64,000 nucleotides of DNA from Psychrobacillus sp. (GTDB lineage: Bacteria; Bacillota; Bacilli; Bacillales_A; Planococcaceae), in assembly GCF_032154225.1 (NCBI RefSeq), contig NZ_JALDYF010000017.1:23394-87393 (forward strand), in the 5' to 3' direction. Position numbers and translations under genes: made by a program. This document shows positions 9,655 through 19,207 of the stretch, piece after piece; positions within the stretch are counted from its first letter, which is position 1; every line of letters starts with the position of its first letter. Below the pieces are notes generated by a model, which searched no databases, was not told the DNA's origin, and saw only the letters and a program-made list of their open reading frames with translations.

Positions 9655-11166
9655 TCAATTTAAAAATGGAATAATCTCTACTATTTTTGATGCAATATTC
9701 GAAAGAAACACCTGATCATGTTCTACAAACAAAAGTGTAGGTTTATATTCCAATATCATTGTTTCTATTTGCTTTTGATTGAACACATCTAAATAATTTA
9801 AAGGCTCATCCCAAATGTATAATTCAGCAGGTATTCCTAGCGACTTTGCAAATTCTACTTTTTTCTTCTGACCGTTACTTATATATTCAATAGGCACATT
9901 AAATACATCTCGTTCAAATCCTAGAATTCTAAGGTTGTTCAACAAATGAGTGTAATCCAAATTATTTCCAACAGCGAAATCCTTTAACGAGCCACCATTG
10001 TCCTCGTGATTTTGTCGAACAATACTTTTCATCACACCTAGAGGGAGAAAAAGCTCTCCACTTACTACTCCTGAGAAAGATTGCTGGATTAAATAATTCA
10101 ATAATGCTGTTTTGCCACTGCCATTTGGTCCAACTAGTGCTACTTGCTCACCTTGATAGATGTCAAATGTGACAGGTTGAAAAAGCAACTTGTCTCCATA
10201 GCCTAATGATAAATTTTTAATGCGTAATACCGGGTCTCGATGGCTAAAAATGCAATTTGCTGTAAGAGCACTTACGTTTTCAATATCTTTTAGTAGCTTC
10301 ATTTTATCTTCAATTTTTGACTGCATTCGTTTTTCTATCACTTTTGATTTTTTCATCATTCGAGCTGCTCGTGCATTAGCAAATGCATCATCTCCGGAAT
10401 CTTTTTCTCGCTGATGTGCCCAGTCTGCCTTTTCTTTTGATGTTTGTTTCAACCGATCAATTTCTGCTTTTAAGCTACTATTTTGTTCTAGCTCGTACTG
10501 ATCTCTTAACTCTTTTTGCTTTTCATACGTTGTAAAATTCCCTTTAAATAAATTTATCCGACTCTTTTCAATAACTAAAATATGATCCACTACTCCATCT
10601 ATAAAGTTTCGGTCATGACTTACAACAATATAGCCTTTCTTTTTCTTCAAATATTCCGATACGATATTTCTAGAGCTTATATCAAGATGATTTGTCGGTT
10701 CATCTAAAAGTAGAAATCTTGATTCTTCACAAAAAAGCGCTGCCAATAAAACCTTCGTCTGTTCACCGCCTGACAGTTGCTCAAATGGTCTCCACAAAAT
10801 CTCTTTATCCAAAGATAATAATTGACATTCTCGCTCTAGCTTCCACAACTCAACTGGCATTATTTCTTCCAATGCATAATAAGTTAAGTTTTCTTTATTC
10901 GAAATATGTTGTGGAAAATAAACAAAATCTACATTTCCGATTATTTCACCTTCATAAGCATATTTCTGCATAAGTAAGTTTAATAATGTTGTTTTCCCAC
11001 GACCATTTCTTCCGATTAAACCAAGTCGCCATTTAGCATCTATGTTCAAATGAACATGTTGAAATATCGGTTCATTCAGATAATCAAACCCAAAACTCAA
11101 ATCCCTAATCTCTATGTGCATACAATCATTCCAATCTATTTGGTTTGAATGTATTCGCATCAACAT
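9655..11166 (-). CDS. ABC-F family ATPase (two ABC domains plus charged linker; ARE/ribosome-protection-like)
   Basis: Two Walker A motifs (GRNGRGKTT, GPNGSGKTA), two signatures (LSGGEQ, ISNGQKK) and a long K/E/R-rich inter-domain linker. The start is placed after the leader terminator (MLMRIHSN...). Confidence 0.75.
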   Translation of the reverse strand: MLMRIHSNQIDWNDCMHIEIRDLSFGFDYLNEPIFQHVHLNIDAKWRLGLIGRNGRGKTTLLNLLMQKYAYEGEIIGNVDFVYFPQHISNKENLTYYALEEIMPVELWKLERECQLLSLDKEILWRPFEQLSGGEQTKVLLAALFCEESRFLLLDEPTNHLDISSRNIVSEYLKKKKGYIVVSHDRNFIDGVVDHILVIEKSRINLFKGNFTTYEKQKELRDQYELEQNSSLKAEIDRLKQTSKEKADWAHQREKDSGDDAFANARAARMMKKSKVIEKRMQSKIEDKMKLLKDIENVSALTANCIFSHRDPVLRIKNLSLGYGDKLLFQPVTFDIYQGEQVALVGPNGSGKTALLNYLIQQSFSGVVSGELFLPLGVMKSIVRQNHEDNGGSLKDFAVGNNLDYTHLLNNLRILGFERDVFNVPIEYISNGQKKKVEFAKSLGIPAELYIWDEPLNYLDVFNQKQIETMILEYKPTLLFVEHDQVFLSNIASKIVEIIPFLN

Positions 11167-11168
11167 AT

Positions 11169-11202
11169 AAAAAATCCCTCTGAATATTACGTCAGAAGGA
11201 TT
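11169..11202 (-). promoter_or_regulatory. leader terminator/attenuator hairpin sequestering the ABC-F RBS
   Basis: The minus strand reads aatccttctga-cgtaatat-tcagagggatt, then a T-run, then ATG. The AGAGGGA SD is part of the 3' stem. About 250 nt of leader lies upstream. Confidence 0.5.
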
Positions 11203-11491
11203 AGATTTATTCATTATCAAACAAGCCTAGGAATAGGCAATGTTACAAGTATAATAAATGGACAGACTAATCCTATTTTAAGTGAAAATGCGTATACATT
11301 TTACGTGTAAAATAGAATTATTTGCTCATGTTCCACCCATCATCCCTTCAAATATATTACAATTATCATAGCACTAATATTTGAATTTCCAATCATTTAT
11401 TGATTAAAAAACTACCAAATAACATGATGTAAAACTCGGTTATTGATGATAAGGTAAATATATACCACATCATCCGAAGGAGCCTATACAT

Positions 11492-12415
11492 ATGAAAAAC
11501 TTCGCAGACATATTGATTGAACACAGTGTTAGAAAAAATACAGCTTTAGTAGTTGGATTAGATCCTGATATCGCGTATTTCCCAGATTTTTTATTAAATA
11601 AGGATACACAAACAACAGAAGAAATATGTAATGCCATAGTAAACTTTAACAAGTTTGTTATTGATGAAGTTTGTGATCATGTAGTTGCGGTAAAGCCCCA
11701 GCTTGCTTACTACGAAGTATACGGTAGTGCAGGAATTAAAGCTTTAGAAGAAACAATTCAGTACGCTCGTTCAAAAAACGTGATTGTCATTAACGATGCA
11801 AAAAGAGGAGATATCGGTTCCACTTCCAAAGCATATGCACAAGCATTTTTAAGCAATGGACCTATGTCAGGTGATATGGTCACTGTAAATCCATTCTTAG
11901 GAAGTGACGGCTACACCCCTTTTATTGAAGTTGCACAAGAAAACAATAAAGGGCTATTTTTGTTACTAAAAACATCCAATCCTTCTTCATTCGAAATTCA
12001 GGATTTAAAGCTACAAAATGGAGAAATCCTATACATGCAAATGGCTCAAGACATAAGTGTTCTAGCGGCAGCAACTAAAGGCGAAAATAACTACTCATTT
12101 ATCGGCGCCGTCGTAGGAGCAACCTATCCATCAGATGCAAAAAAGATAAGAGAACTGTTACCACACTCCATCTTTTTAGTTCCTGGGTTAGGAGCACAAG
12201 GGGGACAAGCAGAAGATTTGGCTGTCTTCTTCGATGAAAAAGGTCTAGGAGCTGTTATCTCTTCATCCAGAGGAATTACATATAGCTATTGTTCTAATAA
12301 AAGCGATGAAAACTGGAGAAACATTTCAAAAGAACAAATGACTAAATCTATTGCAAATGCAACCATTACAGCAAAAGACCAGATCAATGAAGTTCGATTT
12401 CGCACGAACGCTTAA
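11492..12415 (+). CDS. pyrF: orotidine-5'-phosphate decarboxylase, type 2
   Basis: VGLDPD, KPQLAYYE and NDAKRGDIGSTS motifs at a type-2 length (307 aa). GAAGGAG RBS. Confidence 0.75.
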   Translation: MKNFADILIEHSVRKNTALVVGLDPDIAYFPDFLLNKDTQTTEEICNAIVNFNKFVIDEVCDHVVAVKPQLAYYEVYGSAGIKALEETIQYARSKNVIVINDAKRGDIGSTSKAYAQAFLSNGPMSGDMVTVNPFLGSDGYTPFIEVAQENNKGLFLLLKTSNPSSFEIQDLKLQNGEILYMQMAQDISVLAAATKGENNYSFIGAVVGATYPSDAKKIRELLPHSIFLVPGLGAQGGQAEDLAVFFDEKGLGAVISSSRGITYSYCSNKSDENWRNISKEQMTKSIANATITAKDQINEVRFRTNA

Positions 12416-12520
12416 TATTGTTGAACATCATGGGTTGCTTAGGCAACTCTTTTTTTAATAAAATTTTATGAGTCAATATCAATTCGAGGCTCGTCTAATT
12501 TATGAAAGGAGGGGAAATGA

Positions 12521-13069
12521 GTGATAGATCTTGAAGGAGATTATTCAGAAGTTTCCTCAGATATGATTCTAGATCAACTGATGGAAGACTATGCAACCGA
12601 TTTAAAAAGAATTGCTTTCTTATATGTAAATGATATATCCGAATGTGAGGATATTATTCAAGAAGTCTATATATCCTGCTATCAAAAGTTATCTAGCTTC
12701 CGACATGAATCTAGCTATAAGACCTGGTTAATTCGTATTACTATTAATAAATGCAAGGATTATAAAAAACGTTGGAGCATAAAAAAACTGATTTATACAC
12801 CGATTATTTCATCTATTTTCACAGCACCATCTGCTGAAGAACAATTTATTAATGAACAGACTTCAAGAACTATGATAGAGCAAATAGCCAATTTACCAAC
12901 AAAATATAAAGAGGTACTCATCCTTTATTATTATCAGCAAATGAGTATGACTGAAATTAGTGAAATCCTCCATGTAAATATTAATACGATTAAATCCAGA
13001 TTACTTCGTGGAAAGAAAATTCTTCAAAACAAATTGGAAAGGAGTAATGCTTATGGACCAGTTCGATAA
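12521..13069 (+). CDS. ECF-type RNA polymerase sigma factor
   Basis: Region 2 (EDIIQEVYISCYQKLSSFRHESSYKTWLIRITINKCKDY) and region 4 (MSMTEISEILHVNINTIKSRLLRGKKIL). Confidence 0.8.
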   Translation: MIDLEGDYSEVSSDMILDQLMEDYATDLKRIAFLYVNDISECEDIIQEVYISCYQKLSSFRHESSYKTWLIRITINKCKDYKKRWSIKKLIYTPIISSIFTAPSAEEQFINEQTSRTMIEQIANLPTKYKEVLILYYYQQMSMTEISEILHVNINTIKSRLLRGKKILQNKLERSNAYGPVR

Positions 13070-13856
13070 ACATGTGAAAGAAGAGGTACAGGGATACTTG
13101 AATAAACATGTACACTTTTCACCAGAAGAAAGTCAGCAAATTCGGAGAAAAGTAGCAAATAAACGTGCAACAAAAAAGATTGACCGAGTGTATTACACCG
13201 TTTTGGCTTCCGCAATTGCTTTGTTTATCATACTAAGCTTACCGTTATTAAAAACTTTAAACTTTAATAGTAGCTCCCAATCCAATTACTCTGCTGTGGC
13301 AGAAAATGAAACAGAGGGCTATAATTCTTTAGATAATATAGTGAATGGGAAGGCCAATAACAGTAGTCGGAAAATGTTTTCTAATGAAGCAATAAATGAT
13401 TTACAACTATCTATAACTAACAATCCAGAAAAGTATAAACTGAAGAAAGCTAGTTTAAATTACTGGTCAAAAAGCGGTGAATACAATGATTCCGCTTCTT
13501 CAAAGGAAATTACCTTAGCCTTAAGTTTTCAAAGTGAACATAATTCTTACTTCACACAAATTTTTAAAGGTGAAGTTAACCTTGAAGACAACCATGATGT
13601 AATTGAAAAAGTAGGGAACTGTAGTCTCATTCCAGCCTCTGAAACATCTAGTGACATGCAAGAAAATAAATACATCATAGCTGTTTCGGAAATATTAATT
13701 AATGATGAAAAGTATACAATAATTGTTCAAACTTATGATCTTCATAATGATATTGATGCCAATCCTTATTCTAAAACCAATATTCTAGATTTCTTAGAAT
13801 CTTTACAACCAGAATTAGCAGTACAGAATTTATTAGAGATAATTCCCGAAGACTAG
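13053..13856 (+). CDS. putative anti-sigma factor (single-pass membrane protein)
   Basis: Overlaps the sigma gene stop. Short cytoplasmic N-terminus, one TM helix (VYYTVLASAIALFIILSLPLL) and an extracytoplasmic domain. Confidence 0.55.
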   Translation: MDQFDKHVKEEVQGYLNKHVHFSPEESQQIRRKVANKRATKKIDRVYYTVLASAIALFIILSLPLLKTLNFNSSSQSNYSAVAENETEGYNSLDNIVNGKANNSSRKMFSNEAINDLQLSITNNPEKYKLKKASLNYWSKSGEYNDSASSKEITLALSFQSEHNSYFTQIFKGEVNLEDNHDVIEKVGNCSLIPASETSSDMQENKYIIAVSEILINDEKYTIIVQTYDLHNDIDANPYSKTNILDFLESLQPELAVQNLLEIIPED

Positions 13857-13890
13857 AATATATTTTTTGATATAAAATAGGATAAATACT

Positions 13891-13921
13891 AAAAAACTCG
13901 CTGCTGTAGGCGAGTTTTTTC
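13891..13921 (+). terminator. rho-independent terminator
   Basis: aaaaaactcgc-tgctgtag-gcgagtttttt. Confidence 0.7.
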
Positions 13922-13998
13922 ATTTTAGAATTTAATTGTTTAGGAATTACTTAGAAGCTACTGAACAACCCAATATTGCCTGTACCTAAAAGGTTTTT

Positions 13999-14229
13999 TT
14001 GCCTCTCTTGTCGAATAAAGATGCAAAGAGAAAAAGACAAACAATCTCAAAATATAGACTTGGATGGCTTGGCCTTATTCAAGCACGTTTAAAGAAGACG
14101 GGTGAGACCGTCATTGCCCTTCAATTCCTAATCATGAACATAGAAAAGATCCCTCGGGACTCTTTTTTGCCTATTTTCCAAAAGTGGATTCAACATGGAT
14201 TATCTGATCTACAATACAGGGTTGCGTAA
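13999..14229 (+). pseudogene. possible IS transposase C-terminal remnant
   Basis: The tail ...GETVIALQFLIMNIEKI resembles the conserved C-terminal helix of DDE (IS4/IS5/IS1182-type) transposases. No intact upstream ORF. Weak call. Confidence 0.25.
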
Positions 14230-14312
14230 AAAGAGTTGTTCAGTACTCCCTAATTAAAGAGTGTTTTATACGAGTCTCATATCGCTAGGTCAGTTCATAC
14301 ACAGCCTTTTTC

Positions 14313-14855
14313 CTATATTTCCTCTTTTTGAATATGGTTAATTAATCTCTCAAAATACTGTATTGAAGAGTTTATTCTATAGTTTGCATAATCCCCAATA
14401 AAGTCTGCTAATACTTCTTGCCCTGGTTCCATAAAATGTCGTCTCTCATATTTTGACATCTTGTCCCAAGTCTTTTTTATCTCGTATACTTTTTTTTCTA
14501 GTATACTGATGACTTTATCACGCTCCACATATTTCATATTTGCTAAACCAATGACCATATTCCCGATTGTATCTGCATTTTCAAAGAGTTTATAAATCTT
14601 TTTCGGTAAGACTTCTCGGCCTTTTTCAGTGATTGCAAATACTTGCTTATCTGGACGATGCTCTTCTTTAATGATTTCTTTTGCCTCAATGAACCCTTGC
14701 TTCGCCAATGCCTCAAAATGGTAATATAACTTGCTTTCAGTTAGGCCATTTATCGTATCAAGTGGCTGTAACTCTGAGATTTGTTTTTTTAGTTTATAAG
14801 GGTAATTATTTTCTTCCATAAGCTTAGTCAGAATGAAAATTTGAATTGCCATCAT
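14313..14855 (-). CDS. PadR-family transcriptional regulator (long form)
   Basis: IFILTKLMEENNYPYKLKKQI...KLYYHFEALAKQGFIEAKE wHTH plus a C-terminal helical domain. Confidence 0.7.
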   Translation of the reverse strand: MMAIQIFILTKLMEENNYPYKLKKQISELQPLDTINGLTESKLYYHFEALAKQGFIEAKEIIKEEHRPDKQVFAITEKGREVLPKKIYKLFENADTIGNMVIGLANMKYVERDKVISILEKKVYEIKKTWDKMSKYERRHFMEPGQEVLADFIGDYANYRINSSIQYFERLINHIQKEEI

Positions 14856-14918
14856 TTCAGCTCCTTAGGCAAATATTAGCTCTATTGTATCAAAACTAAT
14901 CATTTACTTCAGCACAAT

Positions 14919-16079
14919 TTAAACTTTTACAGATTCTCTCGAATCCTCTACTGGCAATGGCTTGTGTAAGATCCAAACGATAACAATGTTAATTAACATC
15001 GCTACTAAACCAACCAGAGCTAACCCTAACAAATAAGGGCTTACACTTGTACTACCAAAAATATTCGCAAAGTAAGCTTGCACCGAATAATACATCGGTG
15101 TAATATGGCTCGCCCACTCATAAGGTGCATACATCATATCTCGTGAAATCGTTGCCCCATTAGCAAGCGTTTGAACTAATAAAATTGGGATATTTAAGAT
15201 CATACCTGCTTCACCAATTAAGAATACTACAATTGCTGTGAAGTTAAAGCATACCCAATAGTTCAGAATTTGTTGTCCCCAAATTTGAAAGAATAAATCT
15301 CCGCTTAAATCATTAATACCAAATGCTATACCCGTTGAAGCTAAACCTGCAATAACACCAATGAGGACTGCTGTTAATTGTACATAAATGAATAAACGTG
15401 TTTTCGTAGCTTTCCCGCGGTTTACTTTAAACGCACCAACTAATTGCATCGCTCCAATCATCGCCCCTACATATAAGGCCATAGTTAAGAACATTGGTAA
15501 CATATTGTTATGCATGCCATCTGGAATGTCATTAATTGTAACAACATTACCTACATAACTGTTTTCAATCAAATCTGCCATTTCTTTTGATCGCTCTTTA
15601 GGTACATTAAAGTTCATTAAAATACCTTGTGCTGTTTGTTGTGAGAATTGCCCACTTAATTGATCGTTAATTTGAGAAACAACTTGTGTCATAGAAGATG
15701 ATACAACTGTAGCTCCTGCTTCATTTAGAGTGAAATCTATACTTGATGATACATCACTATTTTGTAAATCAGCTGAAAATGTTTCTGGAATATGGATAAC
15801 TAATGCTAATTCGTTATCTTCTAAATCTTCTAAAGCCGCTTTATTCGAAATGTTTGTATTTATTTTCTCAAATGGGAGTTGTTCTATTAAGCTCTCTGTA
15901 ATTTGAGCTCCAGATTCTCCTATATCATCATTAATAATGGCAATCGGTAATTGATCAATATTCCCAGGAATTGCTGTATAACCTGACAAAAAGATTCCTA
16001 ACATACACACTGCATAAAAAACACCCATAAATATAGAACCTATGGCACCTTTACTCTTCAAAAACTCTGTAAATTTCAT
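14919..16079 (-). CDS. YhgE/Pip-domain (ABC-2 type) membrane protein
   Basis: N-terminal TM helix, a large extracytoplasmic loop, then about 5 C-terminal TM helices. PIAIINDDIG motif. Confidence 0.65.
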   Translation of the reverse strand: MKFTEFLKSKGAIGSIFMGVFYAVCMLGIFLSGYTAIPGNIDQLPIAIINDDIGESGAQITESLIEQLPFEKINTNISNKAALEDLEDNELALVIHIPETFSADLQNSDVSSSIDFTLNEAGATVVSSSMTQVVSQINDQLSGQFSQQTAQGILMNFNVPKERSKEMADLIENSYVGNVVTINDIPDGMHNNMLPMFLTMALYVGAMIGAMQLVGAFKVNRGKATKTRLFIYVQLTAVLIGVIAGLASTGIAFGINDLSGDLFFQIWGQQILNYWVCFNFTAIVVFLIGEAGMILNIPILLVQTLANGATISRDMMYAPYEWASHITPMYYSVQAYFANIFGSTSVSPYLLGLALVGLVAMLINIVIVWILHKPLPVEDSRESVKV

Positions 16080-16398
16080 ATATTAATTCCTTTCTAAACA
16101 TCTATTCGTTAATTCATTCATAATTAAGTTAAAGTACTTTAATTAAACCACTTTAAATAAACTATGTTATGTATCTTATAAAATTTAAGATTCAATTGCA
16201 AACAAAAAAGTATAGTATGGCCAATTCTGTTTTTATTTTTTGTCCAAATTATGAATAAGAGAGGATCGTTACAAACCCTTAAGTGATATAAACTTATAAA
16301 AAAATAACAGCATACCTCCTATAAATGAGGTATGCCGTTATTAAGCTTATATAACAATTGAGAACAGTTAACAAAGTTGCTTGATGTCGCATAATTTA

Positions 16399-16587
16399 TT
16401 AGTTAAAGGAAAAAATGGTTGATGTGATCACAACTAGCCTGCAAAATTTCTTAGGAGAATGAATAATCCCTACATATTCAGGAGCAACAACCAAATGTTT
16501 TTTTAGCAATGCTAAAACCAATAATATATGTGTCGTAATTAGTAAAAATCCATACCGTTCTCTCCTACAATATATTATAAACACCAA
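16399..16587 (-). pseudogene. remnant of a DUF1801 paralog
   Basis: ...KKHLVVAPEYVGIIHSPKKF and the underlying DNA align with the 8212..8583 gene. Truncated at both ends. Confidence 0.6.
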
Positions 16588-16620
16588 TTTAATGTGTAAA
16601 AGAGTGTAGAAATAATACGC

Positions 16621-17560
16621 TCAGTTACACTTGATTATAAATTGCAGTGAATACTCAACAACTGCAATCACAAGTCCAAGAGCCGCACCTAATTCTCCGA
16701 AGAATTCTAACCCGTAGTCATAAAAAATCGTCGTACAAATAATCGACTGCATTAAATAATTTGTTAACGACAAGCGACAAAGTGATCCCAGTCTAATAAT
16801 GCTTTACCTACTAAGCCTACAGGAATAAGCAAAGACACTCGTTTTAACAGATTTACTTTTTCTCCAATGTCCTTAAAGAAATCTACTTTAGCAGCAGCCA
16901 TCCCCATCAGTACTAAAAGACCCATAGCGAAAAATGAAATAATAGCCATGAATCCAAGTACAATTGGCAATCCAATTATCACAAAGATTATAGAGAGGTC
17001 TTCCGATATACCAACACGTTGCTTCACAACCTCTAAAGATGTACCATTCTTAAGAACATCCAATGTTGCCTTCATATCTGTAAAAACCATCTCCAGAAAA
17101 TCTGTTTTCACTAATAAAAATGGCGTTGTACAAAGTGTTAAAACTACCGCGCATATGAGCATTGTTTTCTCCTTACGCTTTATAAACAATATTAAAATAA
17201 GTAGCCCATAGCCATATAATAATAAAATATAGCCATCCCAAACAAGGGTAATATGTAAACCACCTAATATCACTAAGCCAAATGCGCGTCTCCATAAAGG
17301 ACCTCTTGTATTCAATTCACGTTTTTCCAATGCACGTACAAATAAAATAATGCCATAACCAAATAAAAACCCAAAATCGGGATAAATGATCCTTCTACAA
17401 ATATTTTAGTAAAATAATATGCTATCTTATCCCACCAAGTATCTGGTTGAATTGCTTCTAGTGTGGCATTACCATATTGAAAGTACAGCATATTAGCTAT
17501 TAATATACCAAGAAATGAAAATCCTCTAAGTGCATCTAATATTTCAATTCTTTTCTTCAT
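16621..17560 (-). pseudogene. decayed paralog of the DUF418 membrane protein gene
   Basis: Pieces 17312..17560 and 16764..17330, plus a C-terminal remnant, align with the intact 19208..20365 copy. There is a frame break after about residue 65 and an internal deletion after ...DHFV. Confidence 0.8.
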
Positions 17561-17716
17561 CGTGTACTTCCTCTTGCTAAATGAAGGAATTAAACCCTCA
17601 CTTCTTTAATTTACACCTAAATTACCATAAAACCTAAAAACAACTTGGTAGAATAAGGATATTATACCAAGTTGTTTTATCAAGTTTTGTTTTGAGGATT
17701 TAAATAAGTTATATTT

Positions 17717-18541
17717 TCAGTATGATTTCCCTTGTAAAAAGGTTCCATTTCTATAACTATCAAATGCTTCATTGATTTCTTCTTCAGTATTCATTACAAA
17801 TGGACCGCTTGCAACAATCGGCTGTTTAATCGGTTTCCCTGAAAAAATGAGAAACTTTGTTTTTTCAGTTGAGGAAAGAGAGATTATGTCGGCAGACTCA
17901 TTTTGTTCAAAGTGCACGACATCAAATGTATTAATCTGCTGTCCGCTTACGTTAGCCTTTCCTTCTAGCATATATAAATAACTATTGTAGCCAGCTGGAA
18001 TCGGGAAATCATAACTTGCATTATCTTCAAGTGAAACTACAGCATAAAGGAATGGCGTAAATAGTTTTAATGGTGATGCAACACCACTTACTTCACCTGC
18101 ATACACTTCAATCTTGCCACCTTCAATAGGAAGAACGGGTACTTCTCTATGTGGTAAATCTACATATTGACCAGATGCCTTTTTGTCTTCACTTGATAAG
18201 TTTACCCACAGTTGCAATACTCGAACTTCTTCACCTGGCTTTGGATTTTCATTATGAATAATGCCGCTCCCTGCAGTCATAATTTGAAAATCTCCTTCGT
18301 ATAATCTTCTACCACCGCCCGTCTCGCTATCAAAATGTTCTAAATTCCCCTCAAGTACATACGTCACAGTCTGAATACCCTTATGCGGATGATCAGCAAA
18401 TGTGTTATGTACAAATTTATCGTCAGCTAAAATAATGAAGGGATCATTATCCATTAAATCGCGAGTCTGCACCACATAGCGTAAATGGCGACCCTCACCT
18501 TGTTGTAGCGGAATAGCTTGTACGGTACGAATAGCTAACAT
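17717..18541 (-). CDS. pirin-family protein
   Basis: HPHKGIQTVTYVLEGNLEHFDS...GSGIIHNE cupin motifs. Start at MLAIRTV after GAGGAG. Confidence 0.85.
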   Translation of the reverse strand: MLAIRTVQAIPLQQGEGRHLRYVVQTRDLMDNDPFIILADDKFVHNTFADHPHKGIQTVTYVLEGNLEHFDSETGGGRRLYEGDFQIMTAGSGIIHNENPKPGEEVRVLQLWVNLSSEDKKASGQYVDLPHREVPVLPIEGGKIEVYAGEVSGVASPLKLFTPFLYAVVSLEDNASYDFPIPAGYNSYLYMLEGKANVSGQQINTFDVVHFEQNESADIISLSSTEKTKFLIFSGKPIKQPIVASGPFVMNTEEEINEAFDSYRNGTFLQGKSY

Positions 18542-18695
18542 AATATAGACACTCCTCATTATTTTAATAGTTTTTATACATCAATCTAATTTAGATTTTA
18601 GCATTTTATATCTTACTAACAAAAACATGGGCTCGCTTATTATGATAATAAGCGAGCCCATGTAAGTTATACAATTATTCACAGTGCTAGGAAGC

Positions 18696-19136
18696 CTAAC
18701 CCCTATAAACACTTTCGCATGATCCAGCTGCTGGTTCATAAAAACAATGTTGTTTATATTGGCCAGAAAAAGGTTGACCGTACCATGTTGGAGGGCATGG
18801 AGCATATGGATTAAAGTACCAAAGTGCATATTTCGCAGGGTGGTCTCTCCAATGATCCAACGCCTTTTTTGCTAATTTTTTTTCAACAGATCTCGCTCTT
18901 TCATAAAATAAATTACCTTTCTGAACAGCTTCAAAAGAATAATTTCCTCCTTGTACCTGAAAAATGACATCTTCGATTGTTCTTACATCTTGAAAGTCTA
19001 AACAATCTGCATTAGCACGGTTAACAATTACATTTCCAACATATAACATTCCTTGCTGCCCTTCAGCTTCGGCTTCTGCCCTCATCATCCTTGCCATTAA
19101 GTCAACGTCCGAACTTTTGTATTTTACTCTTGGCAT
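18696..19136 (-). CDS. cwlJ: spore cortex-lytic cell wall hydrolase CwlJ-like (Hydrolase_2 domain)
   Basis: SSDVDLMARMMRAEAEAEGQQGMLYVGNVIVNR...FEAV...WYFNP...CPPTWYGQPF...HCFY closely parallels B. subtilis CwlJ. Confidence 0.8.
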   Translation of the reverse strand: MPRVKYKSSDVDLMARMMRAEAEAEGQQGMLYVGNVIVNRANADCLDFQDVRTIEDVIFQVQGGNYSFEAVQKGNLFYERARSVEKKLAKKALDHWRDHPAKYALWYFNPYAPCPPTWYGQPFSGQYKQHCFYEPAAGSCESVYRG

Positions 19137-19207
19137 TTATTCACCCCAACAATATTATATGAAGAAAGCGTACAAAAATGACCTAATTACGGTGCCAGTA
19201 ACCCAAA

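Noticed and set aside
18581-18829. 82-aa minus-strand ORF overlapping the cwlJ 3' end
   Set aside because: It overlaps cwlJ in another frame, and the cwlJ frame has strong homology-type motifs.
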